In this document: positions 1 to 14,067 of the stretch, in pieces | Position numbering within the stretch: position 1 is the stretch's first letter | Layout: each line of letters starts with the position of its first letter | Assembly: GCA_010909165.1 (NCBI GenBank) | Contig: MU008183.1 | Span: forward strand, 372,001-436,000 | DNA from: Anthoceros angustus | Lineage: Eukaryota > Plantae > Anthocerotophyta | Reading direction: 5' to 3' | Length of the DNA stretch: 64,000 nt | The notes under the pieces: model-generated | What the model saw: only the letters and a program-made list of their open reading frames with translations | Databases searched by the model: none | What the model was told of the DNA's origin: nothing | Program-made: the position numbers and the translations under genes

Positions 1-479
1 AAATTCATTACGGTAATTTTTCCTTCACGCTCCACGCTCCCGACCCCGGTGCTTTAAGCTGCCTAATTAGGTGTGTTCACGCTGTGGCGACAGGTGCCAA
101 CTGCCGCCAGTCCCAGCAACTCCCAGCGCGCGCGCTTCGGTGGGAACGTATCTTTTGATTAGTCGAGTCGTGATAACGATTCGGTTTGATGTACAGTAGT
201 GGCAGCAGGTGGCACGGCGGGGGCTGACAGTTTGGCCTCGGCATTTTCAACCATAAATGCGGGAGATCCTTCGAAAGCCTGACATCCCCGATCCCGCCGC
301 CAACGAATTCATATGCATAAGACGCGGGCTCCGTTGGGACGGGACACGGGACTCAGGAGCAGGGAACGGGATCCTACTCTTATGTGCGTGGGGACGGGGA
401 ACGGGGCAGCTGCCGTTCCGTGGGCCGCGGAGCGTTATCTGTTAGCTAACGGGTTTCCAACGGGAGCTGTTTCTTGGGC

Positions 480-1393
480 TCACCCCGTTACGGGTTCTTC
501 CTCCCTGTGGACGCGGCCTCTGACCATGGTTCTGAGCTTCTGCATCTGGGAGCTTCCCACCCTGACGTAGTAGAACCAGCTGAGGAACATGAACAAGACC
601 ATGAGGATGAAGAGCATGCCGATGGCCGTGAAGACGATGAGGATGACAATGCTCTTGGCAGCGAAGGGGCTGCATTTCAGTGGCCCGGCAAAAACCTCCA
701 CATAGAAGATGAGGGAGAAGACGAGCAGGATCATGCCTGCTATGAGGCCCATGGCAGACACCACCATGGCCACCCTGAAGATGAGTCTGCCGATTTCCTC
801 CTTCACCTTGGGGACCCCGTCGGGTCTGTTGCTGTTGAGAGTCACCATGAGCTTGAGGCCGACGGCGAAGAGGGTGGAGAGGAGGAAACATCCGAAGGCC
901 AACACTTCGAACATGAAGACGAGCTGGCTGGCGTTGGAGCTCACGGGGTGGCAGTTCGGGGACTCGATGCCCTGGGGGAGCTGTGGACTGATGGTGTTGC
1001 TGCCGATCCCTACGAACACGGCAACTGCGAAGAAGGAGTTGGCATTCACGATGGAGTCCAGAGCGGCAGTGTCCAGCTCCGTTTCTTCCTTCACGATCTC
1101 GTCTGCTGTCAGGGGATGCGCCTCCGGGTCGTCGGACTCCGTCCCCCGCTCGGTTGTGGATCTTGATTTCACTGCTTCGTCTTGGATGAACTTGCTTTGC
1201 TCCTCCTCCAAGAGCAGCGCATCGTAGCCGAGTGACTGGCAGCAAACGAACATCACAAAATTCAGTGGAATCGTCTTGCAACCGCACAATCGAGCGCTTT
1301 TTCCTTGTTGGAAGCAGGATGATTCAAGAAACAAACCTTCTGCTGCACTCCATGCACCATGCTCGCACCATCTCCCATGGCTGCAGTTCCCAT
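480..1393 (-). CDS. MEE60-like (maternal effect embryo arrest 60 family) multi-pass membrane protein, copy 1; exons 1393-1337 and 1235-480
   Basis: Motifs ALDSIVNANSFFAVAVFVG, FEVLAFGCFLLSTLFAVGLKL and GPLKCS match the plant MEE60 family; about 4 hydrophobic helices. GT-AG intron 1336-1236 joins MGTAAMGDGASMVHGVQQK in frame to SLGYD. Confidence 0.75.
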
Positions 1394-2433
1394 GATCCGA
1401 TCCCGCAGGTAGGAACTCCGCAAATGCTCCACAGACTCCTTGTGAGAACCATGTCCGGTCGCAGGCCTTCTGCTAACGTGATGCTGCGGAGGACCTTCTG
1501 CTCAGGCAAGGGAAGGTCAGAGCGTCTGCAATTGCTATTCCGCTCCTGGTAGGGTCACCTTTACAGCATGATTGATCGTCCGTGCTCCTTCCACTGTGTG
1601 CCACAGCGTTCATCAAAGACACGAAATCCAGTAGTTTAATTCAACAACCGGACACTGTACCAGCCACGCTCCAGCATCAAGGTGAGGGAAACATTTGTGC
1701 TTTCTCCTCCTCCCCTTCCGAGATGCACCTCCAGCCTTCCCGGACGCTTTCCATCCCTTTTGTTGTTATTTCCACTGCTGTCTGAGAACAGTGTAAAACA
1801 GCCGTCTGTTGCAGAGACGAGGCTCACATGCATCCTGGACCAGCATATCCCAATAGCTGGAATTCTCCGATGAGCCTCAAGCTGAGAGCCTTTCACCTTG
1901 TTCAGCGTCGCAAGGCTTCAGCTGGCAGACATGGAAGCTCCATGTGTTGGTGAATTCACATTAGCCAACGATGAATCATGAATCGTGAAGACGAGTCATG
2001 TCATGGTATCGCTGAGCTTGAAGACGACGTTAGTTTTTAACAATCGCTAACCAGGGTTTGGCACGTCGAGGAGTCGGAAATTCGAAATCGGCCGTGGTAG
2101 TTATGTTTATATATGTATGTATAACGAGGATGATGTTCTTATGTGGACTGCCGACTCAGGGGACCCTGGACAAGGACAAGTGTCGGCAAGGGAAGCCAAC
2201 AGCAGGCCGTATGTGACTTGGACACTGTGAGTGAGACAAGTCTGATCGCTCTTCACCCTGAAGCTTGTGCGGGGCTTCCAGTCGTCGTTGCATCCGTGAT
2301 CTTCGGTGTTCTGATGTTGCTGCAATTTTCTGCTGAGGACATTTGCCCTTGTGCTTGGTTTTCAGATTGCAATTCTCGACAGCTCTGGTAATCCGCGGTG
2401 ATTGTTGGAAGCGGTGTGAGAGCGGGGTTTTAG

Positions 2434-3842
2434 GTTGAAGAGCTTCTTCTCATCTTGGCATGGAGAGGTGAAGGCATTGAAATGGAGATCGATTCTGCGC
2501 GTACATCCCGCATCCTCTGTGAGGAGCTGGAGCGTGTACTTGCGTTGGATGATTCCCGCTACAGCAGGGATTGCAAGCACCTGCTGCGCGTGCTTCCGCA
2601 GTTGCATAAGAAGCTCCTGCATCTTGCGGTATGGCCGTTTTCGTGTCGTTTAAGTTTGTGGTGATGTCATTGTGGGAGACTTTCTAGCTGTTATGTGGTG
2701 GGTGGCAAGACTGCAAATTTGGTGAGACAAAATTGGGCGGACGCAGGCGCGGGGAAGGGATGTTACGGATGTGGAGGCAGAGTTTCTGGTGCGCGCAAGG
2801 ATTTCGCTGTCAAAGAGCTATGCCTTGGTTGAAATGGTTGCTGCTCGAGTGGAAGACCCTCCTTCTGTTGTCCGCAAGATTGGCAAACGATTTTTTAAGG
2901 ATGACTTGAAGCACCTATGTGACGTTCAACTTGTTGAGACCCAGAAGTTGTCGTGTGAGCTGCCGGATGACATGGTAAATTGCCATTGCCCATGTAAGTA
3001 GTGTTAGGACCACCCTTTTCGACGTGTGTTATGTGGGTGCAGTGGCCGCCGCTGATAAGTGAGGACTTACCTGCTGGCAGGGTGATGGTGTTGAAGATGA
3101 TGCTGCCAAGGGATTTGCGGTCACCAAGCTTGACGTGTGCACGGAGGGGTTGGATGAGAAGTTGCTGATTAAAGGAGAATTCATCGCCATCCCTGTCACC
3201 GGTCCTGACAACAGGCTCATGTACACAGCTCAGTTATGGTTGAACCACCCTAAATCATTGATGCTCCGGCGAATGGCGCGCACGATGTCGGCCAGACTGG
3301 AGTGCAAGTATCAGCTGGACCCGAACACAGTCCCCAACCGCTTTCCTGATATTTTTGACATCACGGTGCACAACACCAACAAGAAAGGGAAACTGTTTCC
3401 AAAAGAGTGCGCCGCTTCCATCTCGCTCGAGGACGTGCTTCAGGCTCAGGTGAAGAGCTTCAGGTCCGACAGCATCTTCCCTATGAAGCCTGGACGGGTG
3501 TTGCAGAGAGGCCATGTCTGGGGATTGTGCAGGGCCAGCGGCCAGGGTGGTCCACACCTGCTATGCGAGGGCTACAATGCTGCTATATCGTTCAACAACG
3601 CTGCTCTGCAAGGGCTGGGAGTGCCAGACACGCAGACCCTTTGCATCCAAGGTCTCAAGCAGCACAAACAGGTGTACTACAAGTGCTTTGTCGGAACATC
3701 GGGAGAAGTGCTGGCAATCTACAGGCACAAGAAGAAGTCTGATCACGGCACACTTTGTCTGCTGGGGATAGGAAACCATCCAGATGTGCGGGACATCATC
3801 TTCGCCTCCTTCATTGCTCTCGGCCTGACAAGCAAGTTGTAA
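2434..3842 (+). CDS. Uncharacterised protein (5' end uncertain); helical N-terminus plus possible Tubby-C/LURP1/scramblase-like C-terminal domain; exons ~2434-2628, ~2747-2973, 3081-3842
   Basis: Three open segments join in frame through GT-AG introns of about 110 bp. The C-terminus looks beta-rich and ends in a hydrophobic helix (DVRDIIFASFIALGL). A possible upstream exon lies near 2141-2226. Confidence 0.6.
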
Positions 3843-4039
3843 CATGCGTGTCTCGTCATGCTGGTGCCTAAAGACGGGTAGGATAGCCTGTAGAAAATGT
3901 AGGTCTGTACACTACTACGTCCTTGTCGAGTTGCTACGTTTTGATCAACCTAGTGCTTGTGCGACCACAGCGTTTGGTTCGAGATGGGACAGCAGGGGCT
4001 CCCATTGGTCTGTCACGGATAGACTGGGGCGAGCTGCAT

Positions 4040-4130
4040 CCAATCAGTGGCATGTTGAGGGAACAACCATGCATCCATGTGGCGAAACTTGGATGCTGGC
4101 ACAAGGATAGGACCCAGAGAAAGGATAAGG
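4040..4130 (+). promoter_or_regulatory. Candidate light-responsive promoter motifs upstream of LHCB5 (CCAAT ~4041, I-box GATAAG 4124-4129)
   Basis: Short motifs typical of LHC promoters, about 130-215 bp upstream of the ATG. Motif match only. Confidence 0.3.
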
Positions 4131-4255
4131 TAACGCTGGTTGCGCCCACAAACCGTGCCGGTTTCCGCATTGCTCCCCAACAGTAGCAGAGAGCTCAGTG
4201 CTGGTGAGAATTCACAAGACCAGCAGTAGCTGAAGCAGCAGCATCAGGAGCAAAA

Positions 4256-6268
4256 ATGGCGGCAGCGCTGGCTGGATCTGCATTGGGCAGAGCGGAGCTG
4301 CTGGGCCAGGCCGTTGCCGCTGCCCCGGCTGCTGTGAAGGGAAGGGGCCGTGCTTCTACCCAGATCGTGTCTCTGCTCGGAAAGTCTAAGAAAGCGGCTA
4401 AGGCTGCCCCCAAGAAAGCTGCCCCTGCCGACCCTGAGCTCGCCAAGTGGTATGGTAGGTGGCCTGAGGAGCAAGGCTGGAAACCGGAATTTCGACAATG
4501 CCCGTATATTTCTTGTGGGGAGGCTGAAGGGCGTTTTGGGTTTTGCTGTGCAGGCCCGGACCGGAGAATCTATCTCCCTGAGGGTCTGCTTGACAAGTCG
4601 GAAGTCCCTGCCTACCTTACAGGAGAAGTTCCCGGAGAGTAAGTAGGAGCGACTGAACTGGATGTTTGTGTCCTATCTGCAGGAAATCGACGTGTAGTGA
4701 CGATTTTCGCCTGTGCTTTGCAGCTATGGCTTCGACCCCTTTGGCCTCTCCAAGAAGCCCGCTGACTTCGACAAGTATGTTTTTCTTTCAGTGGGCGCAT
4801 TCCTGCTTTAGTAGCTGTGGCTGTCTAATGTCATGCTTGGTGGTGAAATGAGCTGATCCCGGGATCTTCCACTTCAGGTACCAGGCGTATGAGCTGATTC
4901 ACGCCAGATGGGCCATGCTCGGAGCTGCTGGTTTCATCCTGCCTGAGGCGTTCAACAAGTACGGTGCGTCTTGCGGCCCAGAGGCAGTCTGGTTCAAGGT
5001 GGGTGGCTGTCCTGCTGGTTTTTGGTTACGCTGCATGTGGGTATCAGAGGCCTGACACCTCTGCATTTCCTCAACCTGTAGACTGGAGCTCTGCTTCTCG
5101 ATGGCAACACTTTGAACTACTTCGGAGCTAACATTCCTATCAACCTAGCAGCCGCTGTGATAGCTGAGGTCGTCCTTGTAGGTGGTGCCGAGTACTACCG
5201 ATCGACAAACAAGTCTCCTTTGGGATCTGTAAGCACCCATATCAATGCCCTTTGCACCCATACGTTTTCCCTCTGCTTTCCCTTCCCTATTGATGGAATT
5301 CGGCTCACGTTGCGGGTTTCGTGCTCACCGCGTATCTTGCTTTTGATAATTCCAGGACTTGGACAGGCTACATCCAGGTGGTGCCTTCGACCCCTTTGGC
5401 CTCTCCAAGAAGCCCGCTGACTTCGACAAGTATGTTTTTCTTTCAGTGGGCGCATTCCTGCTTTAGTAGCTGTGGCTGTCTAATGTCATGCTTGGTGGTG
5501 AAATGAGCTGATCCCGGGATCTTCCACTTCAGGTACCAGGCGTATGAGCTGATTCACGCCAGATGGGCCATGCTCGGAGCTGCTGGTTTCATCCTGCCCG
5601 AGGCGTTCAACAAGTACGGTGCGTCTTGCGGCCCAGAGGCAGTCTGGTTCAAGGTGGGTGGCTGTCCTGCTGGTTTTTGGTTACGCTGCATGTGGGTATC
5701 AGAGGCCTGACACCTCTGCATTTCCTCAACCTGTAGACTGGAGCTCTGCTTCTCGATGGCAACACTTTGAACTACTTCGGAGCTAACATTCCTATCAACC
5801 TAGCAGCCGCTGTGATAGCTGAGGTCGTCCTTGTAGGTGGTGCCGAGTACTACCGATCGACAAACAAGTCTCCTTTGGGATCTGTAAGCACCCATATCAA
5901 TGCCCTTTGCACCCATACGTTTTCCCTCTGCTTTCCCTTCCCTATTGATGGAATTCGGCTCACGTTGCGGGTTTCGTGCTCACCGCGTATCTTGCTTTTG
6001 ATAATTCCAGGACTTGGACAGGCTACATCCAGGTGGTGCCTTCGACCCCTTTAACTTGGCCAAGGACCCAGACACCTTCGCATTGTTGAAGGTTAAGGAG
6101 ATCAAGAACGGTCGCCTTGCAATGTTCTCCATGCTCGGATTCTTTATCCAGGCGTACGTGACTGGAGAGGGCCCAGTTGAGAACTTGGCTGCCCACCTGA
6201 GCGATCCTTTTGGCAACAACCTGCTCACCGTTTTGCAAGGTGGTGCAGAGAGGGTGCCAACCTTGTAG
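4256..6268 (+). CDS. LHCB5: Chlorophyll a/b-binding protein CP26 with internal in-frame duplication; exons 4256-4454, 4554-4638, 4724-4774, 4878-4998, 5082-5228, 5356-5429, 5533-5653, 5737-5883, 6011-6268
   Basis: [47 protein letters not shown] and [31 protein letters not shown]...ERVPTL are diagnostic for CP26. Canonical splice sites. 286 aa without the duplication, 400 aa with it. Confidence 0.95.
4730..6052 (+). repeat. 655-bp tandem duplication inside LHCB5
   Basis: 4730-5384 repeats at 5385-6039. The 13-bp CTTCGACCCCTTT occurs at 4730, 5385 and 6040. One difference seen (T4944 vs C5599). Confidence 0.95.
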
Positions 6269-7001
6269 GTTACCTTCCTGGCTCTGTTATTACATCCGCA
6301 GTCCCTGCCTGAGCTGACACTATCGCCAATAATTGTGCATTATTACTCTTCAATCAAATTATTGTCTAATTCATGTTCCCCCAACACGAATCTGCTACTT
6401 CGGAACAAAGCTTCTAGCACAGGATGAATGAAAGTACGTGGAACGTATGTACAAAAAATCTGGAGTGTATGCCAAAGATCTGCTACATCTTTGTTAGGGC
6501 ACGCGGAAGATAGCAAAAACTTTCAGTTCAGCAATACCAGTGAATGACTAGGTACTGTACCTCCGTCTGACCGGATGTCATATGTTGTTGACGGAGCATG
6601 TGATTGCTGGGGTCTGCTTCACTTAACGTGAACCAAAATAATATCCAGTAAGAGTTGTCTAATTGTAAGTAGGTGGGACAGGAATCGCTGGGATGCAAGG
6701 CACCCACCCCTCCGGCTAGAACTGATCCGAGGTCCTGTGAGTTTTAGACTGTGCCCGTTATGACAGGATACAAATTCACAGGAGATTGGAGGGAGAAGAA
6801 TCTACCTGGGTAAGGAGTGCAAACGACACTGTCGATGATGAGCAGAGCATTGTGCCGACCGTGAGAGCTGTTATCAGCAAAATAGAGAGAGGGCGCAGAA
6901 GGGGAGAGAGAGAGAGAGGGATGCCTCCTCTGGACTTCTGCTGAGGAGTAGTCTGCCAGAGTATTTTTGTGTTTCATCCCACTGCTCATCGACTTAGATG
7001 A

Positions 7002-7103
<102 letters not shown>

Positions 7104-7483
7104 TAGGGTCCTTCTGCACGAACTATCAGTTCGCACGTATAAAGCCAATGGTAGCACGTAACTCCGTTTCATCTGCTCTGGATGGCGAGAAGGAGCCTCT
7201 TCAGGAGCTTGCAGGGAGCTTCACCTGCAGTGCACTATAATTAAAATGTAGTAGAGAGTTGTTCCTCATTGCAGAGCTGTCCAGTTCATGACGGAAGTTG
7301 GAACAAGAAAGCCCGCATTTTGTTCCAGTATAATACAAGCACCCGCTCCTATAGTGTACAAATCTGGCCTACCTAAGAGCTCGAAGAATAATAAAAGCTT
7401 CCCTCCTCAAACTTGGAAGGAGCTGTCCTTTGCACGCGTTCACCTGGAAATTCGGCCTCATCAGCTTGCACCTCCGTGCGAGA

Positions 7484-8379
7484 TCAGCCCTTCGAAGCCT
7501 GTTTGGATCCTGGAATGAATGTCCGCTTCAAAGCCTGGGCGCATTTGTAGGCAAATCGCTGAAACCACTGGATGAACAAGCCGAGCACGCAGAGCAGGAA
7601 GGTAAGCCCGATGATGGTGAGCACAGCAAGGGGGATGACGCTCCTCCGGGTGTCAAAGCTGCAGTGAATAGGGCCAGAGTAGATCTCCACATAGTAGATC
7701 ATGGCAAGCATGAGCAGGATCAAGGCCGTGATCAAGGAGGATGCGGCATACACCATACACACTCGGAACGTGATCAACCCCAGGTCAAAATGTTTCGCGC
7801 CCGCCCGCCTGGCTCCGATGCTCCTCGAGTCGTCCCCACTGTTCTTGCTGTTGGTGTTGATGTTGATCACCATCTTCAGACCTATAGCGAACAGCGTGGA
7901 GCTGAGGACGCAAGCGAATGCAATTATCTCCAGCATCTGAATCCTCTGCTTAGTCCCCTCGGGATCAGCCAGCACACAGGCCCCTAGCGGCCGTGCAGCA
8001 GCAAACTGAGAAGCACCCGCACCCTTCTCCGTCGGCAACCCTAACCCGATAAAGATGGCCACGGTGAAGAAGGAATTGAGCGACAGGATGGAGTCCAAAG
8101 CTGCATTGTCAAGATCCACCGCCCTCTGCCTCACGTCTGCCACTACCGCATCCCCCTCCGCCTGCACGTTCACGTCTCCCGCTGCATGCACAAGAACCGT
8201 GGTTTCCTCCGCAGTCTTGGCCATCCCATACCCATCTCCATTCCCCTGGCAAACAACCAGCGTTCCTCCATGTCAATCCTCCAACTTCCAATCTCACAAA
8301 CAGCATCCATGCATCCAACCAGGCAGAAGAAAAAACTCATCCTCACACGGTAATCCCCCGCCGTCTCCGTGTCCGCCAT
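7484..8379 (-). CDS. MEE60-like membrane protein, copy 2; exons 8379-8347 and 8245-7484
   Basis: AALDSILSLNSFFTVAIFIGLG and LEIIAFACVLSSTLFAIGLK motifs. A phase-0 GT-AG intron links MADTETAGDYR to GNGDGYGMAK. Confidence 0.8.
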
Positions 8380-8566
8380 AGTCTTGCCCTGCCTTTCAAC
8401 TCCCTGGTCAACAACACGATTTCCTGCAACCTCCTCCCTCACTCGCACTGAGTCTCACAGACAATAGCGGCACCTGGGTCCCAAAGCTGGGAGAATCCAC
8501 TCTCTGCTGCATCTGCTACAGCATCCATGGCCGCGTCCCGACACGTACAGCCAGTGGCCACCACAC

Positions 8567-8612
8567 TGGGCCAGGGCCCTGGGCGGGCCTGGGCCCTGGG
8601 CCCTGGGCCGGG
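8567..8612. promoter_or_regulatory. Cluster of TGGGCC (site II/TCP-type) motifs and G-tracts upstream of MEE60-like copy 2
   Basis: CTGGGCCAGGGCCCTGGGCGGGCCTGGGCCCTGGGCCCTGGGCCGGG lies about 190-230 bp upstream of the ATG. Confidence 0.35.
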
Positions 8613-9081
8613 TCCAAGGCGTCATGACAGCAGAAGGTGCTGCGAAGCGGATAAGGCTGCGCCCAAAGGCCGAGTTGATCTTCGCATGCCGCTTCACAAA
8701 TGCAGGCTGCCCATTGGATCTCTCGCTGCTGCTTTTTGTTGTATCTGCAGATGAGAAAGTGCGCGGGGCCGATGCGTACAGTACAGTCAATGTTGTTGCA
8801 GCGGGCTGGCTGGCCAACTTTACCTCACATGCTCCGATGCAGAGAAAGTGGCATCCCTTTCAGAAGGAAAGCGGCGGTCAGAACGAGATGCCAGCTTCTG
8901 GGCGTCTGCTGATCGGAGGAGTACACTGTCGGCCAGATATTTGCGAGTGTTGTAAAGGCGGGATGAGATGAAAATGAGCAGAAGGACACTGGCCCAAAAA
9001 CTGAAACATGAGCTGAAGAGTCGGTCAGCCGACTGGTCGGCCCTCAAAACCAGAGGTCGCTGTTCCGCCGCGTGGCACGTC

Positions 9082-10220
<1,139 letters not shown>

Positions 10221-10816
10221 TTAGCGCTGGAGCTGAAGTGCCTATATTCTTCAATGTACAGGTGTCACCCGTGGTGTTTGTATCTCTGTTTAGAATTTTC
10301 TACTCAGTGATTCTTTGGCTCTTATTGTGGCCCGGTCTGAAAGGGCAAGATTGATGGGACAAAACTGTGGTCCACTTGTCCAGAAGGGGACTTGGGTCCT
10401 TCTGCAGAAACTATTAGTTTATAGATGTCAAGCCAAGTGAAGGTAGCATGTAACTCCATTTGTCGAGATTCCACCTGCTCCGGATGGAGTAGTTATAGGA
10501 GGGAGCTTCTTCACTTGCAGCGCGCCAAAGTTATTTCTCATTGCAGAGCTGTCCAGCAGTGAGTCTGCAATGACTGTAGGCAAGAGTTACTTCTCATTGC
10601 AGAGCTGCCCAGTTCATGATGGAAGTTGGAACAAGAAGGCTCACGTTCTCTGCTTGTATGATACAAGCACCCGCTCCTACAGTGTACAAATCGAGCCTAG
10701 CTAAAAGAATCGTACAAGCTCACTCCTCAAACACTTGGAAGGAGCTGTCCGTAATACTCATTACGCAGGCGTTCACCTGGAAATTCGGCCTCATCAGCTT
10801 GCACCTCCGTGTCATA

Positions 10817-11731
10817 TCAGCCCTTCGGAGCCTGTTTGGCTCCTGGAATGAATGTCCGCTTCAAAGCCTGGGCGCATTTGTAGGCAAATCGCTGAAACCA
10901 CTGGATGAACAAGCCGAGCACGCTGAGCAGGAAGGTAAGCCCGATGATGGTGAGCACAACAAGGGGGATGACGCTCCTCCGCGTGTCAAAGCTGCAGTGA
11001 ATAGGGCCAGAGTAGATCTCCACATAGTAGACCATGGCAAGCATGAGCAGGATCAAGGCCGTGATCAAGGAGCATGCGGCATACGCCATACACACTCGGA
11101 ACGCCATCAACCCCAGGTCAGAATGTTTCGCGCCCGCCCGCCTGGCTCCGATGCTCCTCGAGTCATCCCCACTGTTCTTGATGTTGGTGTTGATGTTGAT
11201 CACCATCTTCAGACCTATAGAGAACAGCGTGGAGCTAAGGACGCAAGCGAAGGCAATTATCTCCAGCATCTGAATCCTCTGCTTAGTCCCCTCGGGATCA
11301 GCCAGCACACAGGCCCCCAGCGGCCGCGCAGCATCAGACTGAGAGGCACCCGCACCCTTCTCCGTCGGCAACCCTAACCCGATGAAGATGGCCACGGTGA
11401 AGAAGGAATTGAGCGACAGGATGGAGTCCAAAGCTGCATTGTCAAGGTCCACTGCCTTTTGCTTCACGGCTGCCACTATCGCATCCCCCTCCGCCCGCAC
11501 GTTCACGTCTCCCGCTGCACGCACAAGAACCGTGGTTTCCTCGGCAGTCTTGGCCATCCCATCCCCATCCCCATTCCCCTGACAAACAACCAGCCGTCCT
11601 CCATGTCAATCCTCCAACTTCCAATCTCACAACCAGCATCAAGCAACCCCTACTCGCATCCATGCATCCAACCAGGCTAGAAAAAAAAACCAGCTCACAT
11701 TATATGCCCCCGCCGTCTCCAAATCCGCCAT
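10817..11731 (-). CDS. MEE60-like membrane protein, copy 3; exons 11731-11699 and 11578-10817
   Basis: Close paralogue of 7484-8379 with the same 33-nt first exon and 762-nt second exon. The flanks are also homologous. Confidence 0.8.
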
Positions 11732-12510
11732 AGCCACGCCCTGCGTTTCAACTCCCTGGCCAGGAACAAGATCTCCTGCAACCTCCTCCCTCACTCACAC
11801 TGCAGTCTCAGAGACCATACCAGCTCCGGGGTCCAAAGGATAGAAGAAACCACTTTCTCCTGCAGCTCCTGCAGCATCCATGGCCGGGTCCCGACACATA
11901 TAGCCACCACAGTCTCACCCGGCTTGCCTGGGCAGCGTCCGAAGTGGACCAGCAGAAGGTGCTGCGAAGCGGATAAGGCTGCGGTCAGAGGCCAGGCTGA
12001 TGCTCCTTCACAAATGCAGGCTGCCATTGGACCTCTGTCGGCTGCTTTTTGATGTTTCTTCACACGAAAGCGCACGAGGCCAATGCGCACCGCCTGGTCG
12101 GCTGCGTGGTCGTCTTGGAAATTGCCTGTTAGGTGGCAAAGCACATCAAAAGATGAAACCCAGCTCTCACAAAGTAGGTGAAGTTTCCACACGCTATCTC
12201 CCTCCACGCCGGCCATCTATCGACGACAAACGCCTCCCTCTCTTCATCCGCAAGAGCACCGGCAGTATATAAACATGTACGGAACTCGCTTACCGAGTCA
12301 ACATTCAAGCGTCGCACAAATCTTCAGACAGCAGTCAAGTTCTCAACAGTACATGTATGTAAGTAGCTGAACAGTATATGTATGTAAGTAGGTACGTGAC
12401 AAATCGGGCCCGTATTTTAAAAGCTCTCTACACAATTTTATTATATCCTTAGACTCTAAGCTTATGATAACTATTTTTTATGAAAGCTATCTCTGTATAT
12501 GATATATAAG

Positions 12511-13322
12511 TTATACCATAAAAGACAAGTTGTGCAATAAAAGATAAGATTGAACTACACCAGGCATATCAAATATGTATATATGGAGTCTTTTGAACAA
12601 GCACCTCCACCTTGCCTTAGGATTCCAAATGCATGCTCTATTGTGCACATAATTCCAATATGATTGCATAGCTGACAAACCATCACGTGACCAACATGTA
12701 TACCCTTGGCCAATATCCTGCATCTCCAAGAATGCAAAAATGTCCAATCTGGCCACTCACACAGTTTTGGCCAAGCTTTATTCTCTTGAACAAGTTTAAG
12801 TCATTAAGGCTACTTGTCCAGCCAAAATCGTACTCTTATATTAAGCAATTTACTGTTACCGTAACCTAAAGCAATTGTGAGTAGAATCCTTTGCGATTGT
12901 AATAATCTGCCTTGGTTTTAAAGGGTCCCAAAATAGGAATGTGGGAGCCATCCACTGCTCCAACCACATACGGTAATGCCCTTCAGCGCCTCAAATTCTT
13001 GGGAATAATTCAACAACTTGTCTTCTCCTGGCCAAGAAATATACAATGCATGCACTTTAGTGATAAGAGCATCACAAAAAGCATGTGTTGCCAAACCAAC
13101 GGTAGAAGTGCTCTATCGAAAGATATCACCAATAGTTTGAAGCTTATCTCCAGAAGCCAGACGATAAAGGGCCATGGCAACTTTCTCCTCAACAGGAACA
13201 GCTTTGCGGAATCGATTGTCAGAAGTGAAAAACAGCGGACCTACTTCACCACATGTGTATAGAAATGTACTTCGACAAACCCGAAGACGTTGCCTAAATA
13301 TTTTATCGGAATATGACACCAT
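12511..13322 (-). mobile_element. Degenerate PIF/Harbinger (HARBI1/DDE_Tnp_4-like) transposase
   Basis: FRQRLRVCRSTF, VPVEEKVAMALYRLASG, GAVDGSHIPI, DYYNRKGFYS and IEHAFGIL/KARWRCL are spread over frames with stops. AT-rich. Confidence 0.8.
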
Positions 13323-14067
13323 AAGTTATTGGTCATGATATCCTTGATGTCATTGTACTGTCCAAGCAAACTTTCGTTTCTTAACAGGCTTCCTTGTTGC
13401 TTTCTTCTTCATAGAAGAAATCAAGAGCAGCAATGACATTTGAATCCAACGCTTGCTGATATGTGGAGCTCAAACATTCCATTGCAATGAACAATATTAA
13501 CCCTTTGACCACTATATCCCACACTTCATCCGGCTGGCATGGGCAAGAAGGCATATATTAACAAAGCCTCCTAGGGTTTCAATTAAAACCAGCCACAGAT
13601 GAAGATAAAATTCAGCTATGCAGCGCAGGCAAATGTGATATAAACCATGACAAATCTTAGCTTGGTAAAATGTCCCAAAATATCACCGGTAGTTCTGTTG
13701 TTTCCAGCAGGCCGTCCCTATGTTCCCGCCACCAAGCTGCCTCAACAATCTTGCCACCAAACTGAACGATCCAGATACTCGCGAGCGCTTGCTGAAAACA
13801 CAACCTCACCCTAAACGCCCTGACTAGTTAGGGTGAGATTGTAGGCCCCGGCAACCGGCGGTCGAAAGCGTGTAGTGTACAACGGACGGATGCCTGTGGA
13901 AGCCGAAACCAAAAAACGAGGGTCTTGACTAGAACACGTCGGCGGTGCCATATGTAAAACCACCCTTAGAAGCATACCATTCATGAGGAGGCTGATGGAC
14001 TGTCTCACGTTCTCATAAATGTGTGTCCAAATGGCTTAGATGGATGTGATCTTGCGCTTGGATCGGT

